A DNA stretch of 12,452 bases, taken from NCBI GenBank assembly GCA_046598045.1, contig JBKJJJ010000164.1, positions 1 to 12,452 of the forward strand, given 5' to 3'. Shown in pieces: positions 6,821 to 12,452 of the stretch. The stretch is from Candidatus Eiseniibacteriota bacterium (GTDB lineage Bacteria; Eisenbacteria; RBG-16-71-46; DASYSL01). The position numbers were made by a program, and so were the translations under genes. The notes under the pieces are model-generated. The model had not been told where the DNA came from and did no database searches. It saw only the letters and a list, made by a program, of their open reading frames with translations. Numbering within the stretch: position 1 is the first letter of the stretch; each line of letters starts with the position of its first letter.

Positions 6821-6949
6821 TGCCCCTGAAATTGCAGAGGAGCTTCGAACCGGGGGAATCCCGGGGTGGCGGGCTGGAGATCCCTGGGAAAGACTCGCGG
6901 TCGGTCGGGGAATCGGGGGCGGGGGAGCGCGTCTGCAATTTCAGGGGCA
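6821..6949. repeat. Perfect 18-bp inverted repeat flanking a 93-bp G-rich spacer
   Basis: TGCCCCTGAAATTGCAGA (6821-6838) and its exact reverse complement TCTGCAATTTCAGGGGCA (6932-6949). Confidence 0.9.
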
Positions 6950-6984
6950 TGAAGAACGGCGACCCGGAATTCCGGGCCGCCGTC
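6950..6984 (-). terminator. Probable intrinsic terminator
   Basis: Minus strand GACGGCGGCCCGG-AATT-CCGGGTCGCCGTT-CTTC: a 12-13 bp GC stem whose non-WC positions are G-U pairs on this strand, followed by a short U-rich run (UUCUUC). Confidence 0.65.
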
Positions 6985-7139
6985 AATAGGGAGAAGTCCG
7001 CCGCGCTGTGCCGTGTGTCAGGTACCGTGAAACTCCTTGGGATCAAGTGGGATCAGCTCACGAACCCAAATCAAGCACGGTCACGACAGTGGACTTCGTC
7101 CGTCCTGAACTTTGTCAGCGCCGTCCTGGCAGCCTCGCT
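6950..7139 (-). ncRNA. Candidate sigma54-dependent small RNA (~190 nt), family unassigned
   Basis: Bounded by a consensus sigma54 promoter and a terminator, with no credible ORF. Contains two CAGGACGG repeats and a long nested stem (GAAGTCC/GGACTTC, CTGT/ACAG, CGTG/CACG, ACCGTG/CACGGT, TTGGG/CCCAA). Confidence 0.5.
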
Positions 7140-7149
7140 CCGGTACATC

Positions 7150-7165
7150 AGCAACCCGCGTGCCA
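7150..7165 (-). promoter_or_regulatory. sigma54 (RpoN) -24/-12 promoter
   Basis: Minus strand TGGCACG-CGGG-TTGCT is an exact match to TGGCACG-N4-TTGCW, in intergenic DNA. Predicted +1 is ~7139. Confidence 0.8.
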
Positions 7166-7408
7166 TGCGGCAGGTCGAAGGAGTGGCGCGTGCGGCGGCC
7201 GCGCCTGGCGCGGGACTCCGGCTGCATGTCGTTGGCCTGTCGCGCGTGCGGGGGGAGGGTTCGAATTGCATCGCGCCCGGCGGGTGGCAGGACGCACGGG
7301 GCGCGTCCGGGGCGCGCGCGAGGGTTGGGGGATTCGGCGGTGGGCGGCGTGGGAATTTCCCCAGCCGGGGCCCGGACGAGCGCGGGCAAGCGCGCGCGGC
7401 GCAGCGCT

Positions 7409-8941
7409 TCAGCGCCGCAGGAGCGTCCGGCCGGTCATCGCTTCGGGCTGGGCGAGCCCGACCAGGTCGAGCAGCGTCGGGGCGACGTCCGCGAGCAGGC
7501 CCGGAGTGAGCGCGAGGCCCTCGATCCCCTCCCCCAAGAGCACGAACGGCACCGGGTTCGTGGTGTGCGCGGTATGCGGCTCGCCGCGCGCTGCGTCCCA
7601 CATTTGCTCCGCGTTGCCGTGGTCGGAGGTGATCGCGAGCACGGCGCCGCGCGCGCGGACGGCGGTCTCGACCCGCGCGAGGCAGGCGTCGAGTGTCTCC
7701 ACGGCGCGGACGGTGGCATCGAGGACGCCCGTGTGGCCCACCATGTCCGCGTTGGCGTAGTTGAGCACGACCAGGTCCGGGCGTTCCTCGGCGAGGCGGC
7801 GCACGACCTCGTCGGTGACGCCGGGGGCGCTCATCTCGGGCACGAGGTCATAGGTCGCGACCCGGGGCGAGGGCACGAGACAGCGCTCCTCCCCCGCCAG
7901 CGGCATCTCGCGGCCGCCGGAAAAGAAGTAGGTCACGTGCGCGTACTTCTCGGTCTCGGCGATGCGGAGCTGGCGCAGGCCCGCGGCGGCGTAGAGATCG
8001 CCGAGGGTGCCCCAGATGTCCTCGGGCGGAAACGCCACGGGCAGCGCGAGCTTCTCGTCGTAGCGCGTGAGGCAGACGAATGCGAGGTCCTTGGGCGCGC
8101 GCGGGCGGGCGAACGAATCGAACGCGGGATCGACGATCGCATGCGTCAGCTCGCGCGCGCGGTCGGGCCGAAAGTTCATGTGCAGCACGGCGTCGCCGTC
8201 CTCGATGCGGGCGGGCGGGCCGATCCCCGCAGGCACGACGAACTCGTCGTTCACCCCCTGCGCGTACGAGGCCGAGATCGCGGCGTCGGCCGAGGCGAAC
8301 GGCGCGCCCTCGCCCTCGCCGAGCACGAGCGCGCGCCAGGCCTGCTCGACGCGCTCCCAGCGCCGGTCGCGGTCCATCGCGAAGTAGCGCCCCGACACGG
8401 TGGCGATGCGGCCCACGCCGGCCTCCTCGAGCATGCGCTCGAGTGCGGCGACGTGGTCGCGCCCGGAGGTCGGCGGGGTGTCGCGGCCGTCGAGGAACGC
8501 GTGCACGAACACGCGCTCGATGCCGTGGAGCTGCGCAAGCGCGAGGAACCCGGGTACGTGCGCTAGGTGCGAATGCACGCCGCCGTCGGAAATGAGTCCC
8601 AGCAGGTGGAGAGCGCCGCCCGTGGACTTCGCGTGCGCGCAGGCCGCGGTGAACTCGGGGATCGCGAGGAACGAGCCGTCCCGGATCGCTTTCGTGATGC
8701 GCGTGATCGGCTGGTTGACGATGCGGCCGGCGCCGAGGTTCAAGTGCCCGACCTCGGAGTTGCCCATCAGGCGGTCGGGCAGGCCGACATCCTCGCCCGA
8801 GGCGGAGAGTTGCGTGGACGGCCCTGCCTCCCACCAGCGCGTCCAGTGCGGCGTGCGCGCGAGCGTGATCGCGTTGTACGGCCCGGCGGGCGCGAGGCCG
8901 AAGCCGTCGAGCACCGCGAGGACGAGCGGGCGCGGCGCCAT
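7409..8941 (-). CDS. gpmI: 2,3-bisphosphoglycerate-independent phosphoglycerate mutase
   Basis: 510 aa with [70 protein letters not shown] and [10 protein letters not shown]. Confidence 0.97.
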   Translation of the reverse strand: MAPRPLVLAVLDGFGLAPAGPYNAITLARTPHWTRWWEAGPSTQLSASGEDVGLPDRLMGNSEVGHLNLGAGRIVNQPITRITKAIRDGSFLAIPEFTAACAHAKSTGGALHLLGLISDGGVHSHLAHVPGFLALAQLHGIERVFVHAFLDGRDTPPTSGRDHVAALERMLEEAGVGRIATVSGRYFAMDRDRRWERVEQAWRALVLGEGEGAPFASADAAISASYAQGVNDEFVVPAGIGPPARIEDGDAVLHMNFRPDRARELTHAIVDPAFDSFARPRAPKDLAFVCLTRYDEKLALPVAFPPEDIWGTLGDLYAAAGLRQLRIAETEKYAHVTYFFSGGREMPLAGEERCLVPSPRVATYDLVPEMSAPGVTDEVVRRLAEERPDLVVLNYANADMVGHTGVLDATVRAVETLDACLARVETAVRARGAVLAITSDHGNAEQMWDAARGEPHTAHTTNPVPFVLLGEGIEGLALTPGLLADVAPTLLDLVGLAQPEAMTGRTLLRR

Positions 8942-8944
8942 CCT

Positions 8945-9973
8945 CTAGGCCATCTCCTCGGCGAAGTGGCAGGCCGACCAATGGTTCGGCTTGATCTCGC
9001 GCAACGCGGGCACGTCGGTCTTGCAGCGCTCCTTCGCCATGTAACAGCGCGGGTGGAACGGGCAGCCCGGCGGCGGCTTCGCGGGACTCGGCACGTCGCC
9101 GGTGAGCACGATGCGCTCCTTCTGGCGCGAAGGCTCGGCGACCGGGATCGCCGACAGCAGCGCCCGCGTGTACGGGTGGCGCGGCTCGGCGTAGAGGTCG
9201 CGCGAGGCCGCGAGCTCGACGATGCGTCCGAGGTACATGACCGCGACGCGGTCGGAGATGTGTTCGACCACCGCGAGGTCGTGGGCGATGAAGATGTAGG
9301 TCAGCCCGAGGTCCTGCTTCAAGTCCTTGAGCAGGTTCAGGATCTGCGCCTGGATCGAGACGTCGAGCGCGGACACCGGCTCGTCGGCGATGATCAGCTT
9401 GGGGTCGACCGCGAGCGCGCGCGCCACGCCGATCCTCTGGCGCTGGCCGCCGGAGAACTCGTGCGGGTAGCGCCGCGCGTGCGCCGGCGACAGGCCGACC
9501 AGCGTGAGCAGCTCTGCGACGCGCTCCTTCGCCTTCGCGCCGCTCGCCAGGTGGTGGATCGCGAGCGCTTCCTCGATCATCGAGCCGACCGTCAGCCGCG
9601 GGTTGAGCGAGCTGTACGGATCCTGGAACACGATCTGCATCTCGCGCCGGATCGCTCGCAGGTCCGACTTGCCGAGCGCGAGCACGTCGCGGCCCTCGAA
9701 CAGCACCCTGCCGGCGGTGGCCTCGATCAGGCGCAGGATGACGCGCCCGGTCGTGGTCTTGCCGCAACCGGACTCGCCGACGAGGCCGAGCACCTCGCCG
9801 CGTGCGACGTCGAACGAGACGCCGTCGACCGCCTTGACGTGGCCCACCGTCTTGGCGAACAGGCCCTTCCGGATCGGAAAGTACTTCTTCAGGTCCTTGA
9901 CCGAGAGCAGCGTTTCGCCCGCGGGGACGCCGGTCGAGAGCTTCGTTGCCTCGCCGGAGACGGGGGCGCTCAC
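8945..9973 (-). CDS. oppF: Oligopeptide/dipeptide ABC transporter ATP-binding subunit (OppF/DppF type)
   Basis: Walker [19 protein letters not shown], Walker [12 protein letters not shown] and C-terminal CPFHPRC..C..C motif. GTGA overlap with the oppD stop. Confidence 0.92.
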   Translation of the reverse strand: MSAPVSGEATKLSTGVPAGETLLSVKDLKKYFPIRKGLFAKTVGHVKAVDGVSFDVARGEVLGLVGESGCGKTTTGRVILRLIEATAGRVLFEGRDVLALGKSDLRAIRREMQIVFQDPYSSLNPRLTVGSMIEEALAIHHLASGAKAKERVAELLTLVGLSPAHARRYPHEFSGGQRQRIGVARALAVDPKLIIADEPVSALDVSIQAQILNLLKDLKQDLGLTYIFIAHDLAVVEHISDRVAVMYLGRIVELAASRDLYAEPRHPYTRALLSAIPVAEPSRQKERIVLTGDVPSPAKPPPGCPFHPRCYMAKERCKTDVPALREIKPNHWSACHFAEEMA

Positions 9974-11007
9974 GACGCCACCTTGCCGGGAATCCCGGCG
10001 AATGCCTTTGCGAGGTCGAGCGTGCCGGCCTCGACCTCGCCCGCGCGCAGGCAGCGCGCGAGGTGGCCGGGGCGGATCTCGGTGAGCGGCGGGTTCTCGC
10101 TCTTGCAGCGCTCGATCGCGACCGGGCAGCGCGGGTGGAACTTGCAGCCCGGGGGGAACTCGGACGGGTTCGGCACGTTGCCCGGGATCACGCGCAGCCG
10201 CTCGTGGTGCTCGCCGAGCACGGGGATCGAGCCCAGGAGGCCCGCGGTGTACGGCATGCGCGGGTGCTGGAAGATTTCATCGACGTTCGCGTATTCGACG
10301 ACCTGGCCGGCATACATCACGGCGACGCGGTCGCAGGTCTCGGCGACCACGCCGAGGTCGTGCGTGATCAGGAGGATCGACATGCCGAGCTCCTCCTGCA
10401 GGCGGTTCAGGAGGTCGAGGATCTGGGCCTGGATCGTGACGTCGAGCGCGGTCGTCGGCTCGTCGGCGATGAGCACGCGTGGGTGGCAGGAGAGCGCCAT
10501 CGCGATCATCACGCGCTGGCGCATGCCACCCGAGAGCTGGTGCGGGTATTCGTCGACGCGCTGCTCCGGCGCGGGGATGCCGACCAGCCGCAGCATCTCG
10601 ATCGCGCGCGTGCGGGCCTCCTTGCGCCCGACCTTCTGGTGGAGCTGGACCGCCTCCATGATCTGGTCGCCGCAGGTGTAGACCGGGTTGAGGGAGGTCA
10701 TCGGCTCCTGGAAGATCATCGAGATCTCGTTGCCGCGGATCTTGCGCATGGCGGCGTCGGGCAGCTCGAGCAGGTTCACACCCTCGAAGCGGATCTCGCC
10801 GCCCACGATCTTGCCGGGCGGGTTCGGGATCAGGCGCAGGATGGAGAGCGAGGTCACGCTTTTGCCGCACCCCGATTCGCCCACGATGCCGAGCGTCTCC
10901 CCCGCCCCGACTTCGAACGACACGCCGTCGACCGCCCGGACGACGCCGTCGTCGGTGAAGAAGTGGGTCTGCAGATTCCGCACTTCGAGGACGGGTGGAG
11001 CAGTCAT
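9970..11007 (-). CDS. oppD: Oligopeptide/dipeptide ABC transporter ATP-binding subunit (OppD/DppD type)
   Basis: True start is the ATG at 11007 ([17 protein letters not shown] overlap with oppC), not 11175. Motifs [26 protein letters not shown] and CKFHPRC. Confidence 0.92.
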   Translation of the reverse strand: MTAPPVLEVRNLQTHFFTDDGVVRAVDGVSFEVGAGETLGIVGESGCGKSVTSLSILRLIPNPPGKIVGGEIRFEGVNLLELPDAAMRKIRGNEISMIFQEPMTSLNPVYTCGDQIMEAVQLHQKVGRKEARTRAIEMLRLVGIPAPEQRVDEYPHQLSGGMRQRVMIAMALSCHPRVLIADEPTTALDVTIQAQILDLLNRLQEELGMSILLITHDLGVVAETCDRVAVMYAGQVVEYANVDEIFQHPRMPYTAGLLGSIPVLGEHHERLRVIPGNVPNPSEFPPGCKFHPRCPVAIERCKSENPPLTEIRPGHLARCLRAGEVEAGTLDLAKAFAGIPGKVAS

Positions 11008-12122
11008 CAGGACTTGCCTCCGGTCACCTTGCGGGGATTGAGGGCGTCGGCCAGGCCGTCGCCGAGGAAGTTGTACGCCAGCACGGTGATGAAGATGAAC
11101 AATCCGGGCACCAACATCCACGGGAAAGACGTGAGCACGCGCACGCTCTGGGCGTCGGTCAGCATGTTGCCCCACGACGCCTGCGGCTCCTGGATGCCGA
11201 TCCCCAGGAACGACAGCGTGACCTCGCCCAGAATGTACCCCGGAACGGCGGTCGTCGCGGCCACGATCAGGAACGACGTGGTGTTGGGCAGGATATGGCG
11301 GGCCAGGATGCGCAGCGTGCCCGCGCCCAGGGCGCGCGCCGCCGTCACGTACTCGAACTCCCTCAGCGAGAGCACCATGCCGCGCACGATGCGGGCCAGC
11401 GCCGCCCAGCCGATGAACGCCAGGATCACCACGATGATCATGTACATGCGGTCGCTCGGGACGTTCATCGGGAACGCCGCGCGCAGGGCCAGGATGAGAT
11501 AGAGCGCCGGGATCGAGAGGATGAGCTCGGTCACGCGCATGGTGACCATGTCGACCCCGCCCCCCAGGTAGCCGGACAGCCCGCCGATCAGCATGCCGAT
11601 GGTGAAGGAGATCAGGATGCCGAGGAGCCCGATCGTCAGCGACACGCGCGAGCCGTAGAGCAGGCGCGAGTACACGTCGCGTCCGTACTTGTCGCTGCCG
11701 AACAGGTAGAGGTGCGCCGGCGGGTCGACCTGCGCGAGGCGGAGCCGGGTCGGGACCAGGCCCAGCACGCGGTAGGTCTCCGGGCCCTGCTTGAACCAGC
11801 GGATCGGATGGGGCCTCGGGTCCGAGGGCGCGTAGCGGTTGCGCCCGACGTCGACCACCTCGGTCGCGAGGACGTGGGGCCCGACGAGGCGTCCGTCCGA
11901 AAACCAGTGGACCGGCGTCGGCGGGTGATAGCTGTAGGAAAGGTCCTGCGTCGTCATGCCGTAGGGCGCGAGGAAGTCGGCGAAGATCGCGGCCAGGTAG
12001 AGCGCGGCCAGGATTCCGGCGCCGGCCAGCGCCACGGGGCTTTTCTTGAACTCACGCCAGAACAGCTGCCAAGGCGTGCGGATCGTCGTCGTCTTCACGG
12101 GCACTCCCACCGGCGCAGCCAT
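11007..12122 (-). CDS. oppC: Oligopeptide/dipeptide ABC transporter permease (OppC/DppC type)
   Basis: [25 protein letters not shown] loop [33 protein letters not shown], and multiple hydrophobic helices. Confidence 0.92.
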   Translation of the reverse strand: MAAPVGVPVKTTTIRTPWQLFWREFKKSPVALAGAGILAALYLAAIFADFLAPYGMTTQDLSYSYHPPTPVHWFSDGRLVGPHVLATEVVDVGRNRYAPSDPRPHPIRWFKQGPETYRVLGLVPTRLRLAQVDPPAHLYLFGSDKYGRDVYSRLLYGSRVSLTIGLLGILISFTIGMLIGGLSGYLGGGVDMVTMRVTELILSIPALYLILALRAAFPMNVPSDRMYMIIVVILAFIGWAALARIVRGMVLSLREFEYVTAARALGAGTLRILARHILPNTTSFLIVAATTAVPGYILGEVTLSFLGIGIQEPQASWGNMLTDAQSVRVLTSFPWMLVPGLFIFITVLAYNFLGDGLADALNPRKVTGGKS

Positions 12123-12452
12123 CAGCTGAACTTGATCCGCGGGTCGGCGATGACCAGCAGGATGTCCGCAATCAGGTTTCCGAGGACGAGCATGGTGGCC
12201 GCGATCACGACCGAACCCATCACCAGGTAGAGATCCTGCTTGAGCAACGCGTCGAGCGTCAGCGTGCCGAGGCCGGGCCAGGCCATCACGATCTCGACGA
12301 TGAACGAGCCGGACAGGAGGCTCGCGATGGTGAATCCGAAGAGCGTGATCAGCGGGTTGATGGCGTTCCTCACCGCGTGCTTGTAGATCACCGTGTGCTC
12401 GTCCAGGCCCTTGGCGCGCGCGGTGGTCACGTAGTCGAGGCGCAGGACGTCG
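12122..12452 (-). CDS. oppB: Oligopeptide/dipeptide ABC transporter permease (OppB/DppB type); 3' part only
   Basis: The frame is open to the window edge: DVLRLDYVTTARAKGL...HAVRNA...GSFIVEIV.AWPGLG...NLIADIL...DPRI. TGATG overlap with oppC. Confidence 0.9.
   Translation of the reverse strand, partial: DVLRLDYVTTARAKGLDEHTVIYKHAVRNAINPLITLFGFTIASLLSGSFIVEIVMAWPGLGTLTLDALLKQDLYLVMGSVVIAATMLVLGNLIADILLVIADPRIKFS

Noticed and set aside
6821..6838. 18-bp repeat arm as a sigma54 promoter (ends in TTGCA)
   Set aside because: It has GC rather than the required GG at the -24 position.
6708..6950. Cobalamin or c-di-GMP riboswitch upstream of the BMC genes
   Set aside because: No B12-box or GEMM conserved motifs are visible on the minus strand, and the sigma70 leader is only ~60 nt.
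6990..7100. 6S RNA or SRP RNA identity for the rod-like hairpin
   Set aside because: The rod is only ~105 nt, short for 6S, and lacks a clear central bubble. The SRP core TCAGGTCCGGAAGGAAGCAGC is absent; only TCAGGT matches. An Rfam scan is needed to exclude these formally.
6813..7509. Intergenic ORFs 6817..7509(+), 6813..7046(-), 6798..6989(+) and 7081..7389(-)
   Set aside because: No SD-start pairing and no family features, and they run through the promoter, terminator and inverted repeat. The AAGGAG at ~7035 has no start codon at usable spacing.
14..12230. Long plus-strand ORFs (e.g. 14..1501, 2333..4921, 7112..8566, 8567..10681, 9946..11502) and alternative-frame minus ORFs
   Set aside because: They are antisense or off-frame shadows of well-supported genes, typical of high-GC DNA; the translations are R/A/G/P-rich with no recognisable motifs.
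7409..12452. opp operon and gpmI as BMC cargo or substrate-uptake genes
   Set aside because: They are separated from the shell genes by a distinct promoter/terminator unit and show no encapsulation-peptide-like extension. The C-terminal Cys motifs of OppD/F are standard for this family.
1..12452. CRISPR array, tRNA/rRNA, transposase or integrase
   Set aside because: No regularly spaced repeats, tRNA cloverleaf motifs or mobile-element proteins were seen.

Overview
High-GC bacterial DNA in which all supported genes lie on the minus strand, in two blocks separated by a ~700-bp, more AT-rich, highly structured intergenic region. Block 1 (12452->7409) is the end of an oligopeptide/dipeptide ABC transporter operon (oppB partial, oppC, oppD, oppF) followed by gpmI. 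Block 2 (6707->1) begins at a near-consensus sigma70 promoter and is one tightly packed, largely translationally coupled run: six bacterial microcompartment (BMC) shell genes (2 BMC-H, 1 PduT/BMC-T1-like BMC-T, 3 different BMC-P) with no cargo enzyme, then an IHF/HU protein, a 31-aa bS22-like ribosomal protein missed by the ORF track, RNase R, a PilZ protein with a histone-H1-like Lys/Ala tail, a HisC-family aminotransferase and aroA (partial, also absent from the ORF track). The intergenic region holds a perfect sigma54 -24/-12 promoter, a ~190-nt non-coding structured segment with CAGGACGG repeats ending in an intrinsic terminator (candidate sRNA), and a perfect 18-bp inverted repeat just upstream of the BMC promoter. 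The best candidates for something new are the cargo-less shell cluster coupled to nucleic-acid-binding genes and the sigma54-driven sRNA upstream of it. Family calls are from motif recognition by eye; no searches were run.
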